Origin: Phycisphaeraceae bacterium
GTDB taxonomy: Bacteria > Planctomycetota > Phycisphaerae > Phycisphaerales > Phycisphaeraceae
DNA length: 64,000 nucleotides
Direction: 5' to 3'
Assembly (NCBI GenBank): GCA_963674705.1
Contig: OY771506.1
Span: forward strand, 3,360,001 to 3,424,000
The stretch's first letter is position 1, and each line of letters begins with the position of its first letter. This document shows, piece by piece, positions 1 to 9,292 of the stretch. The notes beneath the pieces were generated by a model. It worked only from the letters and a program-made list of their open reading frames with translations. It had not been told where the DNA came from and ran no database searches. Both the position numbers and the translations under genes were made by a program.

Positions 1-436
1 TGTAACAAATCATCCTAAGCGCGATGTATTCTTTGAATACAATGCATGTGTTGTCGAATAACGATATGGAGTGAGTGTTACGTATTCTTAGTATTTACAG
101 TGATTTACCCCTTGACGTTGTCCGCTCGCCGGGTTAACTTTTTCAATGGCCGTGAACACGATGAAGCTGATGCGCTTCGCGGCGCAGTTGGTTCTTCGTG
201 TATCTGTGATGCGTTTAAGCTGCGAAAGCAGATCGGCATTGGCTAGGTGTTGTACCGATGGCTGTGAACACATGATCTATACTGTCAGCACCGGGTGGGG
301 AGATTGAATCCACACTTAAAACTTACGTTTCATTCTTGATTGAATGGTTGTTTAGCGTCCGGCGCTTGTTGTGTCCGGATGCTTGAACGCGGGATGACTT
401 TCCTTGTTTGTTTTATATTAACTGGAGGACCTGATC

Positions 437-1099
437 GTGAAACGAATCAACCAAGCGCTAGTTGCCTGTGGCGTCGCTGCGCTGCTGGCGGGATCGGCTT
501 CGGGCAATATTCTTTTGAATCCGGGTTTCGAATTGGGCAGTGGCGCGGATGCGGCCGACTGGTTGGAACTGACCGGCGCCAGCGGCTCTGTCGAGCGCAG
601 CACCGTTTCGCCACACAGCGGTGACTACCACATGTACCTGTCGTTCGATCACTTCCTCAATCCGCCGGCCGGCGCTGCTTACTTCATCGAACAGAACCAG
701 GGCGCGAACACGATCGATAACGCAGACAACTTCAATGTCTCGTTCTATGCCAAGACGGACACGATGGACTTCACCGGCCTGAATATGTTCTTCCAGGTGC
801 TCTGGCTCGATCAAGATGGCAGTGATGGCGGCGGCGTCAAGGGGGAGTCTCTGACATATCTCATACCCCTTGGCATCAACACAACCTACCAGCAGTTCGG
901 CCTGAGTGATATGGATGCGCCCGATGGTTCTGACTCGTTCCTGCTGCGTATCCAACTCTCCGCCGGTGCGGTTGCTGATATCGCACAAGGTCTGTATGTC
1001 GACGATGTCGTCTTCGAGAAAGTCATCCCCGAACCGGGCACCTTCGGCCTGCTCGGGATGGGCGTGCTGGCGATGTTTACCCGTCGCCGCGGAGCATAA
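437..1099 (+). CDS. PEP-CTERM secreted protein, possible carbohydrate-binding-like beta-sandwich
   Basis: GGAGG RBS before GTG start; signal peptide; NILLNPGFE start motif; C-terminal IPEP-TM-RRR. Confidence 0.85.
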   Translation: MKRINQALVACGVAALLAGSASGNILLNPGFELGSGADAADWLELTGASGSVERSTVSPHSGDYHMYLSFDHFLNPPAGAAYFIEQNQGANTIDNADNFNVSFYAKTDTMDFTGLNMFFQVLWLDQDGSDGGGVKGESLTYLIPLGINTTYQQFGLSDMDAPDGSDSFLLRIQLSAGAVADIAQGLYVDDVVFEKVIPEPGTFGLLGMGVLAMFTRRRGA

Positions 1100-1180
1100 G
1101 CAATGACACCTTCTCAGCCGATGGCTTGACGGCTGTCGGTTGAATTCAAATTGATGTTCTCCGGTTGGGTGTTCGGTCTT

Positions 1181-1221
1181 GTGTCAACCGTCTTTGCACT
1201 TCGGGTCAAAGACGGGCACCC
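1181..1221. repeat. 41-bp hairpin repeat, copy 1 (copy 2 at 5394-5434)
   Basis: GTGTCAACCGTCTTTGCACTTCGGGTCAAAGACGGGCACCC vs GTGTCAACCGCCTTTGCCCTTCGGGTCAAAGGCGGGCACCC, with a compensatory stem change. Confidence 0.8.
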
Positions 1222-1375
1222 TGCAAGATAATCATGCGGATAGCACATCGTCAGGAGCATCGCTGATGCTTCTTTGCTGGCTGCATGACAACACAACGCT
1301 TGGCTCGCATTGCGTCGCGATGCGGCTATTAAAATGCGACGTGACAGCCGGGCCACGAGATAACGGGGGCTGGCG

Positions 1376-1423
1376 CCGTTTCACACACCTGACCCCGTTT
1401 CACACCTTGATCCCGTTTCACAC
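1376..1423. repeat. Three direct copies of CCGTTTCACAC
   Basis: Copies at 1376, 1395 and 1413. Confidence 0.75.
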
Positions 1424-1493
1424 ATGCGCGCAGGCGGGGATCTGCGTACAGGGATTCATTGGGCGCGTGGATTTCCGCATGTGCGGGAATGAC
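1424..1493. repeat. Degenerate ATTCCC-N8-GGGAAT-type palindromic repeat pair
   Basis: GCGCAGGCGGGGATCT ... TGGATTTCCGCATGTGCGGGAATGAC. Confidence 0.55.
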
Positions 1494-1575
1494 GGACAGA
1501 AATCATGCGAACTGCTTTGGAGGCTTGTCTCTGTTCGTGCCTATGTGGGATTCGTTTTGAATATGCGCGAAAATC

Positions 1576-2391
1576 TCACCTTCGCGATCGTAAGATGGCC
1601 AGACTGCCGAGGCTCAGCAACATCAGGGACGCGGGTTCGGGGACGGGGGACTTGAAGGCGAGGCCTTGCACACTTACACCCAAGGAGCCGACCACGGTAG
1701 CATGGCCGGTGGTGGTATTGATCGTATACAACTTGTTATCCGGTGTCTGTGATGTTTGCGCCTCAACCAAGTAGAGAATGTTGTTTCCGTTATCAAACGC
1801 CAGCCCGTTATCAACGGTTATGATACCGAGACTGCCGACCAGTGTTGCATGACCGGTGGTTGTGTCGATGGTATATAGCGAATTGGTACGGCTGTCCGAG
1901 CCATAAAGCGTGTTGGTGTTCCAGTCATACGCAAGACCCTGCATGTAACCGTTGGGCACATCGTGTGGGCCGATCAGCGTCGCTGCGCCGGTAATTTTGT
2001 CGACCTTGTAGATATTGCGATCGGTGAAACATGAGAAGTAAATCGTGTCGGTCAGGACATCGTAAGTCAGTCCGGCGGCAGAGGTGCTGACGCCCAGTGG
2101 TCCGACAGTGTGAGCGAACCCGGTGACGGTGCTGATCTTTACCAGCGTATCATCATCGCGGTCCAGGCCGTAGAGCCTGTCGCGAGCAGGGTCGTAGCAT
2201 AAGCCGGAGATACCGTAGGACCTGAACGCCCCAACCACGGTGGCTGCGCCCGTCGTCGTATCGATTTCAACTAAATTCCCGTCATGAATGGATGATCCCC
2301 ACAACACACTCGCCGAAGCAGTGGAGGATGTGACCGTGAACATAAGCATGACACAAGCCGCAGATAAAAGCATGGATTTCATAAGTCTCAC
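1576..2391 (-). CDS. PEP-CTERM protein with five beta-propeller-like repeats
   Basis: Signal peptide; five LxxIDTTTGxATxVG-type repeats; VPEP-TM-RSRR tail; true start may be 2382. Confidence 0.85.
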   Translation of the reverse strand: MRLMKSMLLSAACVMLMFTVTSSTASASVLWGSSIHDGNLVEIDTTTGAATVVGAFRSYGISGLCYDPARDRLYGLDRDDDTLVKISTVTGFAHTVGPLGVSTSAAGLTYDVLTDTIYFSCFTDRNIYKVDKITGAATLIGPHDVPNGYMQGLAYDWNTNTLYGSDSRTNSLYTIDTTTGHATLVGSLGIITVDNGLAFDNGNNILYLVEAQTSQTPDNKLYTINTTTGHATVVGSLGVSVQGLAFKSPVPEPASLMLLSLGSLAILRSRR

Positions 2392-2611
2392 TCCCCATTA
2401 GAATTGAATCAATCGCTTTTAAATCCTGAAACCGAATCACGCGGAAAAGACGCGGTAAAGGAAAGCAGGATATATGTTCATACCACAGTGTATGAATATA
2501 GTCAAGGATAATTTGCGTTCGGTATGCGCAAGGTATAATGATGCGATATGGTCGCGGCAGCGTGGCCGTGACAGGTCGGGCGGGACACTTCGGATCAGGG
2601 AGAAACCCATC

Positions 2612-3271
2612 ATGCTGGCAATGGTAAAAAGGTTGGCGGCGGTCGTTCTCGTCTTTGTATTCACAGCTTCAAGTAACGCGGCGTACTTCTCTGGCAATGC
2701 TTATTTTTCACAAGCGCCCACGAGTCAGATGGGGCCGGTCGTTTTTAACAATCTCGTGATTAATAACGGGGCTTTCAGTTTTACGGTTTCGGGGGTTCTT
2801 CAGGTGCAGGTGCCGCCGGGCGCGGTGTCGGGCACGCTGATCGAGTGGACGGTCGATCGCCCACTGGACCCGACCTATGGCAGCTCGAACATGATCACGA
2901 CCACCACGCTCAGCGGCTTCTCGCAGCCGCCGGCCTTCGGCAGCTACGGCAACACGCTGGGCAGCAGCTACAGCTACCTGGATCAGTATCCGGGCGTGTC
3001 ACAATCAACGATCCCGCTTTCCTTGACAAACGGTGCTGCTACCTGGAACCAGATCACGGTGCAGAGCACAACATTCCCGTACACATCAGCCAACGGTTTG
3101 CATTATCTGCGCCAACGGTTTGAACTGGATGGCGTGCAGTTCTCCGGTATCGGCGGCAATTGGATCATCGACCTGCCGTTGGAGACGAAGGTGGAAGTGA
3201 TCCCCGAACCGGCGACGCTGGGGGTCTTTGCGTTCGGTGTCATGGGGATGCTGTGTCGGCGGCGCAAGTAA
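2612..3271 (+). CDS. PEP-CTERM secreted protein
   Basis: GGAG RBS before ATG 2612; signal peptide; IPEP-TM-RRRK tail. Confidence 0.85.
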   Translation: MLAMVKRLAAVVLVFVFTASSNAAYFSGNAYFSQAPTSQMGPVVFNNLVINNGAFSFTVSGVLQVQVPPGAVSGTLIEWTVDRPLDPTYGSSNMITTTTLSGFSQPPAFGSYGNTLGSSYSYLDQYPGVSQSTIPLSLTNGAATWNQITVQSTTFPYTSANGLHYLRQRFELDGVQFSGIGGNWIIDLPLETKVEVIPEPATLGVFAFGVMGMLCRRRK

Positions 3272-3299
3272 TCGGTTATAGATTGACAAACAGTTAATC

Positions 3300-3337
3300 A
3301 AGGCGGGGCCGGCCAACACCGGCTCCGCTTTGTTTAT
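3300..3337 (+). terminator. Intrinsic terminator
   Basis: AGGCGGGGCCGG-loop-CCGGCTCCGCTT followed by TGTTTATT. Confidence 0.7.
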
Positions 3338-3384
3338 TGGTAGTTGAGCGAAAGGGGGGAGAGAACCTGATTGCTGGATCAGAT

Positions 3385-3453
3385 GTAGGTCCGGGCCTGC
3401 CCGGACAAGTATCCATCAACCTTACACCTGTGTCCGGGCAGGCCCAGACCTAC
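3385..3453. repeat. REPIN-like inverted pair of GTAG-headed REP
   Basis: GTAGGTCCGGGCCTGCCCGGACA (3385-3407) and inverted copy TGTCCGGGCAGGCCCAGACCTAC (3431-3453). Confidence 0.8.
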
Positions 3454-3493
3454 GGAACCGCTTACTGTTGAGAGTATCGCGGATTATTCTGTG

Positions 3494-3544
3494 ATAGCTG
3501 CGTTGGGATGCATCGCAGGGTCCGCATTGCGTCGTAATATGGCT
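3494..3544. repeat. 51-bp double-hairpin repeat (also 4126-4176, partial at 1306-1329)
   Basis: ATAGCTGCGTTG...CGCAGGG.CCGCATTGCGTCG.AAT..GGCT on both sides of the RRM gene. Confidence 0.75.
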
Positions 3545-3715
3545 GTTATTTTGTCAGGGGGGCGGTTAAGTGATGCCGCAGACCATGCTATTTGCTATCG
3601 CATTGGAGGAGGTTATGATACGGCGTCCCGGCCTGAGCTGGGATAAGAACCGAGACGCTCGCGAAGCTCCATTGTCTGGCAGCCGACACGTCCGACTCTC
3701 ACCAGGAGTTTCATT

Positions 3716-4042
3716 GTGAAAATTTATGTAGGAAACCTCAGCTTTAACACCACGCAGGAAACCCTCGAAGACCTGTTCAGCCAGTTCGGCGAGGTCAGCG
3801 AAGTGGCGGTTGTGACAGACCGCGAGACCGGCCGGCCGCGCGGCTTCGCGTTCGTCACCATGGATGATGAAGGCGCCAAGAAGGCGATCGAAGAACTCAA
3901 CGGCAACGAGTTTGAGGGCCGCAGCCTCAACGTCAACGAAGCCAAGCCCCGCGAGCCCCGCTCCGGTGGCGGTGGCGGCGGGCGAGGCGGTTACGGCGGC
4001 GGTCGCGGCGGCGGCAACCGTGGCGGCGGCGGTCGTTATTAA
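3716..4042 (+). CDS. RRM RNA-binding protein with Gly/Arg-rich tail
   Basis: RNP2 IYVGNL, RNP1 [11 protein letters not shown] tail; AGGAG RBS before GTG. Confidence 0.95.
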   Translation: MKIYVGNLSFNTTQETLEDLFSQFGEVSEVAVVTDRETGRPRGFAFVTMDDEGAKKAIEELNGNEFEGRSLNVNEAKPREPRSGGGGGGRGGYGGGRGGGNRGGGGRY

Positions 4043-4125
4043 TCCGCGATAATCATTGCACAACATGTTGCCCGTCACTTGTTAGAGTGGCGGGTATTTT
4101 CATGCGCGTTATGCCATCTGCTTTC

Positions 4126-4176
4126 ATAGCTGCGTTGCGACGCAACGCAGGGCCCGCATTGCGTCGCAATGCGGCT
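4126..4176. repeat. 51-bp double-hairpin repeat, copy 2
   Basis: Near-identical to 3494-3544. Confidence 0.75.
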
Positions 4177-4188
4177 GGTAAATGCATA

Positions 4189-4854
4189 TTATCCGCGCCG
4201 CCAGCCCGGTCCTGCGCAGGGGGGACGTTTTCGATTGTCTTGTTGAGGATAATAAAAGACGTTTGACCATTTGGCGGGAGGTTTGGCAAGCTCCGCTATT
4301 GTTACCTTGACGGCGGACTCGGCGTCAGCGTGATTCCATGGGAGGTGGACCAGAACCTGGTACTGTGAATTCAGGTTCAGGCTAATGGAAATGCTTTGAG
4401 CGTCGATTCGGCCGGATGCCCAGGAAAACGCGAGGCCGTGTTCTTGAAGATGAGAGAAGTCGATATCTCCTATAAGCCGTTCGGCGGTTCGCTCGGTCGT
4501 TTCCCAGTCATGGTTATTCATTGCATCCGCGACAGCGGAATCGTATTGTGAACGAGAAAATGTCAGTGAGTCGACGCCACCTGTTTGGGGGTTGAAGTGA
4601 TCCCAGGTAACTGTCGTTTTATCACGCATCACATTAACGGTTGCATCACCACAACCAATGACACCACAGCCGCAGCGAGCGATTGTCAGTTCGCCGGAAC
4701 CCAGTAACGTGCTGTATTCAAAAAATTCAGGTGGGTCTATCCCCAGCATTTCACGATCGATCTGCTCAATGATATCGCGTCCGTCAACGATGATCCTGAC
4801 TTCATGATCGTTTGTCTCTTCACTGGGACGTATTGTGAATGCGATTTCATTCAT
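4189..4854 (-). CDS. Hypothetical protein with CxCxxxGC motif
   Basis: 221-aa ORF with globular-protein-like composition; RCGCGVIGCGD. Confidence 0.7.
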   Translation of the reverse strand: MNEIAFTIRPSEETNDHEVRIIVDGRDIIEQIDREMLGIDPPEFFEYSTLLGSGELTIARCGCGVIGCGDATVNVMRDKTTVTWDHFNPQTGGVDSLTFSRSQYDSAVADAMNNHDWETTERTAERLIGDIDFSHLQEHGLAFSWASGRIDAQSISISLNLNSQYQVLVHLPWNHADAESAVKVTIAELAKPPAKWSNVFYYPQQDNRKRPPCAGPGWRRG

Positions 4855-4964
4855 GATCGGTCAATCATTGGGTAGCCGGGGATGTTGTGATGCACATAAA
4901 TCGCTGCACGGTAGAGAGGGTATTGTAAGCGCATGATTTAAGGTTCCTGACACCTTTTCTGACC

Positions 4965-5349
4965 CGTACGTAGATCCGTCGGGATGATACGGGGCGTGTG
5001 CCGCAGAGGAATAGAAGCGATGAGGTCGAACAATGACGAGTATTGGTGGCGATACGCGCGGTTATCGGTGAATGACGGTGTGGCGCGTCAATGTGTGGCC
5101 GTGGTGGGTTGCGCTGAGAAGTATGCATTTCGTAGGGTGGGTTAAGCGAAGCGCAACCCACCAGCGTGAAGCAGTGGCGAACGTACGTAGATGTTTCGAG
5201 ATAATGCGAGGCGGGTGCCGCAGAGGAATAATGCGATGTTGTTGAACAAGGATGAGGTTTGGTTGCGAATCTCGCGGTTATCGGTGAATGACGGTGTGGC
5301 GCGTCAATGTGTGGCCGTGGTGGGTTGCGCTGCGCTTAACCCACCCTAC
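4965..5349. repeat. ~150-bp direct duplication interleaved with an inverted GTAG REP pair
   Basis: 5057-5116 identical to 5273-5332 (60 nt); REP GTAGGGTGGGTTAAGCGAAGCGCAACCCACC at 5132-5162 and inverted at 5319-5349. Confidence 0.85.
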
Positions 5350-5393
5350 AGTCGAATGAAACCCACGCTACTTGCTGTTTTGGGGGTGAGTCC

Positions 5394-5434
5394 GTGTCAA
5401 CCGCCTTTGCCCTTCGGGTCAAAGGCGGGCACCC
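5394..5434. repeat. 41-bp hairpin repeat, copy 2
   Basis: Matches 1181-1221. Confidence 0.8.
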
Positions 5435-5436
5435 GG

Positions 5437-5814
5437 CTATTTGGCATGGGAGATTAACTGTGTAAGGATTTTCTTTGTTCGAGATGACGATAGTGTCCTC
5501 TTGAGGACAGCAACAAACTTTTGTTCCGAATCGCATTGCAGTCGGCCTGGCCTTCCAGGAACACTAATTTTTAGCGGATATATATCGATTTTGTTAAAAA
5601 CTGATATCAATGTGTACTCATAATTGTTTAAACGTGGTACACGCACTACTAGTTCTGTTACAAAATCTCCATCAATTTCTTCATTTGTTACTTTACCAAT
5701 TAATAATCCATTTGTTGCTGTAGATAAAAAGTTAGCCTGTTCCTGTAATATTTGTTTTGGCGTACGGATGGGTTCAATATTGCTAAGATCACCCCACAGG
5801 TTGTTAATCGTCAT
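5437..5814 (-). CDS. Small hypothetical protein coupled to the EEP gene
   Basis: 125 aa, AT-rich, start overlaps the EEP gene by 11 nt, GGAG RBS inside the upstream gene. Confidence 0.8.
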   Translation of the reverse strand: MTINNLWGDLSNIEPIRTPKQILQEQANFLSTATNGLLIGKVTNEEIDGDFVTELVVRVPRLNNYEYTLISVFNKIDIYPLKISVPGRPGRLQCDSEQKFVAVLKRTLSSSRTKKILTQLISHAK

Positions 5815-6643
5815 TTGTATTCTCCAGTAGTACGTCGAGATTGCAGATTATTGGCAAATGGTCAGATAGATCCTTTTTGTTTGGCCTGCCTGATTGCGCA
5901 AGTAGCGTATTTCCTTGGATATTCGTTATAATCTGAACGGAGTCATTTCGTAGGAAATTTAATAGTGAAGGGCGAATTATAACTTGATCAAATACATTCC
6001 AATAGTAATTTAATTCGTTGCCAGAGTTGTAAAAATATGTTCCCTGGGGAGAATTGTCATCACTACTACTGTATGCAAACCACATTGGATTATACATGAA
6101 AGTGTAAGTTTCGCCGCTAATATTACGAGATGAAGTTGCAGCGATACGTCTGTCCATGACAGCATGAAGACCTTCGGCTCCGACTATACCACTTGCAAAA
6201 GGATTCATGTTGAAATCGCCCATGATAATTGTTCTTGTGTGGCCGACTATTGCTTCTGCTTCACGCACATATCGGGCAATACGTGTACAAATATGAGTTT
6301 GATCTCTAGTGTCTTTCCAAAGCAAGCTCGATAGATGTACGCCTACAAATAAGATGCTTTCTCCTAAAGGCATATTGTAGTGCCGTATTGAAAAATGAGG
6401 CTTATCCATTATTAGCATAGTTTTTTCGATATTGAATCGTGTCAGGATCGTAAGTCTGTCTGAGATACCAATATCATTGAAATAAATTCGATCAGTATTT
6501 TGATTTATAGAATCTGTGAGATCGTGAGTTGGTATTTTGCTTTCAGCTAAAGCAAGTACATCAACGTCATGTTCTAGAGCAAACGCTGATATATGCTCAA
6601 TGGATACGTTGTTTGAAATGTTCCAGAAAGCGAATGTTGGCAT
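5804..6643 (-). CDS. Endonuclease/exonuclease/phosphatase (EEP) family protein
   Basis: FWNI, LAE, VHL, GDFN, FDQV and SDHLP motifs; AT-rich. Confidence 0.88.
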   Translation of the reverse strand: MPTFAFWNISNNVSIEHISAFALEHDVDVLALAESKIPTHDLTDSINQNTDRIYFNDIGISDRLTILTRFNIEKTMLIMDKPHFSIRHYNMPLGESILFVGVHLSSLLWKDTRDQTHICTRIARYVREAEAIVGHTRTIIMGDFNMNPFASGIVGAEGLHAVMDRRIAATSSRNISGETYTFMYNPMWFAYSSSDDNSPQGTYFYNSGNELNYYWNVFDQVIIRPSLLNFLRNDSVQIITNIQGNTLLAQSGRPNKKDLSDHLPIICNLDVLLENTNDD

Positions 6644-6691
6644 ATTGCTGCCAGTATAATTAGTATGTTTGATATTATAACGTAGGAATAA

Positions 6692-7945
6692 CTATTGTTT
6701 TTCTGTTTTATTAAGTTCAAGCAACCTCATCGCCTCATCCAAATCCTTATCCCCACGCCCTGAAAGATTGATGACAATCGTCTGATCTTCCGGCATTTCG
6801 CGGGCCAACTTCAATGCATAAGCGACGGCGTGGGAGCTTTCTAACGCCGGGATGATGCCTTCGGTTCTTGTGAGGGTGGTGAAGGCTTTGAGGGCTTGGG
6901 CGTCGTTGGATTCGGTGTAGTGGACGCGGTGGGTGTCGTGCCAGTAGGAATGTTCGGGGCCTACGCCGGGGTAGTCTAGGCCGGCGGAGATGGAGTGGAC
7001 GGGGGCGGTTTGGCCGTCTTCGTTTTGCATGACGTAGGAGAGTGAGCCGTGGAGGACGCCGGGGGAGCCGTAGTTGATGGGGGCGGCGTGCTGGCCGTAG
7101 GCGGTGCCGCGGCCGCCGGCTTCGACGCCGGTCATTTTGACGGATTCGTCTGCGATGAAGGGGTAGAACATGCCGGCCGCGTTGGAGCCGCCGCCGACGC
7201 AGGCGACGAGGTGGTCGGGGAGTTTGCCCATCTGGTCGAGGCACTGCGCGCGGCATTCCTTGCCGATGACGGACTGGAAGTCACGGACGATCATGGGGAA
7301 GGGGTGGGGGCCGACGACGGAGCCGATGATGTAGTGCGTGGTTTCGCTGGTGGCCATCCAGTCGCGCATGGCGGCGTTGGTGGCGTCCTTGAGTGTGCAT
7401 GAGCCTGACGTGACGGGGACGACGCGCGTGCCGAGCAGTTCCATGCGTTTGACGTTGGGCTGTTGTCGGCGGATGTCTTCGGTGCCCATGAAGACATCGC
7501 ACTCGAGGCCGAGGAACGCGGCGGCGGTGGCGCTGGCGACGCCGTGCTGGCCTGCGCCGGTCTCGGCGATGATGCGCTTCTTGCCCATGCGCAGGGTAAG
7601 CAGGGCCTGGCCTAGCGAGTTGTTGATCTTATGAGCGCCGGTGTGGGCGAGGTCTTCACGTTTGAGCCAGATATTGGCCCCCTTACCTTTGGGGCAGTCG
7701 GAAGAGTTGCGGACGTACTCGGTGAGGCGCTTGGCGTGTTGCAGCGGCGTCGCGCGGCCGACGTAATCGCGCAGCAGCAGGTCGAACTCTTTCTGGAAGG
7801 AAGGATCGGCCTTGGCGTCGGCGTAGGCATGGGAAAGCTGCTCGATGGCGTGTTGGAGCGTTTCGGGGGTAAAGACGCCGCCGTAGTCGCCGAAGTAGCC
7901 GGCGGCGTTGGGGACGGATTGTAGTGTGGGTGTTTGGGTGCTCAT
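6692..7945 (-). CDS. trpB: Tryptophan synthase beta chain
   Basis: [15 protein letters not shown] (PLP lysine), [28 protein letters not shown]. Confidence 0.98.
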   Translation of the reverse strand: MSTQTPTLQSVPNAAGYFGDYGGVFTPETLQHAIEQLSHAYADAKADPSFQKEFDLLLRDYVGRATPLQHAKRLTEYVRNSSDCPKGKGANIWLKREDLAHTGAHKINNSLGQALLTLRMGKKRIIAETGAGQHGVASATAAAFLGLECDVFMGTEDIRRQQPNVKRMELLGTRVVPVTSGSCTLKDATNAAMRDWMATSETTHYIIGSVVGPHPFPMIVRDFQSVIGKECRAQCLDQMGKLPDHLVACVGGGSNAAGMFYPFIADESVKMTGVEAGGRGTAYGQHAAPINYGSPGVLHGSLSYVMQNEDGQTAPVHSISAGLDYPGVGPEHSYWHDTHRVHYTESNDAQALKAFTTLTRTEGIIPALESSHAVAYALKLAREMPEDQTIVINLSGRGDKDLDEAMRLLELNKTEKQ

Positions 7946-7958
7946 GGGGGAATGATAT

Positions 7959-8331
7959 AGGGTTTAGGGTGTAGGGTGTAGGGTGTAGGGTTAAAAAGCG
8001 GGAAATCAGAAAAGCAGGAAAGCAGAAAAGCAGAAAAGCAAAAAATAGAATCCCGATACCCGATACCCGATACCCGATACCCGATACCCGATACCCGATA
8101 CCCGATACCCGGGAAGATACCCGGACCTTCGCTTTGCTCAGGACCGGCGTTGGGGGAGAGAAAGCCATTAGCCTTTAGCGATTAGCCATTAGCAATAACA
8201 TTCCTACACCCTACACCCTACACCCTACACCCTACACCCTACACCTAAATCCACCCGGACCTTCGCTTTGCTCAGGACCGGCGTTGGGGGGAGAGAAAGC
8301 CATTAGCGATTAACGATTAAAAATTAGCGAT
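7959..8331. repeat. Composite intergenic array of 7-8-mer tandem repeats and a duplicated ~54-bp unit
   Basis: (TAGGGTG)n ~7959-7992, (AAAGCAGA)n ~8000-8045, (CCCGATA)x8 8052-8107, (AGCCATT)n, (CCTACAC)n ~8203-8247; unit 8119-8172 repeated at 8253-8307. Confidence 0.9.
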
Positions 8332-8350
8332 TTTCATCGCTACACCCGAA

Positions 8351-9292
8351 CTACCTTCTGCGTTCCATCGCCTGGCGGGCGGCGGCTTCGCGTTTGAGGG
8401 CGTCTTTGAAGACGGGGCTTTCGGGGGCGGGGTAGAAGTTGCGGAGGTCTTTGAAGGCTTCGTCGGCGGCTTTGAATTGACCGCTCTGGAAGCGGAGGAT
8501 GGCGTCTTCGTATTTTTCGCTGACGCCTTCGGCGAGTCGCTTCTGGAGGATGAAGTATTGGCGCTGGTCGGTGGCGTCGGGCAGGGCGTCGGCGGCGGTG
8601 TAGGTCAGGGCGTTGCGGTAGGCTTCGTAAGCGCGGTAGAGCGCATCGGTGCGGCGGTCGATTAAGGCGTAAGACTCGCGTGCCTGGGCGACGGCGGTGT
8701 CGGCTTTGCGTTGATCGGGCGGCTGCTTATCGATGGGTCGGTGGATGTAGCCTTCGATCTTTTCGGCGCTGATTGGTTGGGGGAGGTTGTCGCCGGGGCT
8801 GGTGGTTGTGGGGTTGGATTGATTGAGCAGGCTGAAGGCAATGAGGCCCAGCGCGACGGCCCAGAAGACGGCGATGCCGATCCATAGCTTGGTGCGGCCG
8901 CCGGCGCTTGAGTGGACGGCTGGTTCGGGTGTTGCGGTAGCGGTTGTGTCTGTTATTGGTTGTTCGGCAGCAGCGTGGAGGTCGGCTTCATCAACGATGG
9001 GGCTGACGCGGAAGACATCGGTGTCGCCGATGGTGACGGTGGCATTGGCTTTGATGGGTCGCGGCTTCTTGGTGATGCGCTTACCGTTGAGGATGGTGCC
9101 GTTGGGCGAGTGATTGACGAGTTGCCATTGGCCTTGCTCGAAAGCGAATTCACCATGCTCGCGCGAGATGAAGGGCTGGTCGACAGGCAGGACACGGTCG
9201 GTGCTGCGTCCGAAGCTGATGCGCGTCTGGCGTATCAGCAGTTTACGCCCGGCGTTGGGCCCGATGAGATATTCGACCTGAAGCGCGATCAA
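8351..9292 (-). CDS. Bitopic FHA-domain protein with helical/TPR-like C-terminal region
   Basis: FHA motifs FGR, SREH, SPNGT; TM LWIGIAVFWAVALGLIAFSLL; 4-nt overlap with tadC. Confidence 0.88.
   Translation of the reverse strand: MIALQVEYLIGPNAGRKLLIRQTRISFGRSTDRVLPVDQPFISREHGEFAFEQGQWQLVNHSPNGTILNGKRITKKPRPIKANATVTIGDTDVFRVSPIVDEADLHAAAEQPITDTTATATPEPAVHSSAGGRTKLWIGIAVFWAVALGLIAFSLLNQSNPTTTSPGDNLPQPISAEKIEGYIHRPIDKQPPDQRKADTAVAQARESYALIDRRTDALYRAYEAYRNALTYTAADALPDATDQRQYFILQKRLAEGVSEKYEDAILRFQSGQFKAADEAFKDLRNFYPAPESPVFKDALKREAAARQAMERRR

Noticed and set aside
4865..4960. RAYT transposase remnant (YVHHNIPGYP-like reading next to GGTTCCTGACACC)
   Set aside because: Too short; no HUH motif or extended similarity
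4189..6643. Integron cassette array
   Set aside because: No intI and no convincing RYYYAAC..GTTRRRY attC sites; the repeats look REP-like
7683..8168. 161-aa ORF with SGIGYRV repeats
   Set aside because: Translation of the heptamer arrays, overlapping trpB out of frame
7946..8350. CRISPR array
   Set aside because: Head-to-tail 7-8-mers without unique spacers; the 54-bp unit occurs only twice here; no cas genes
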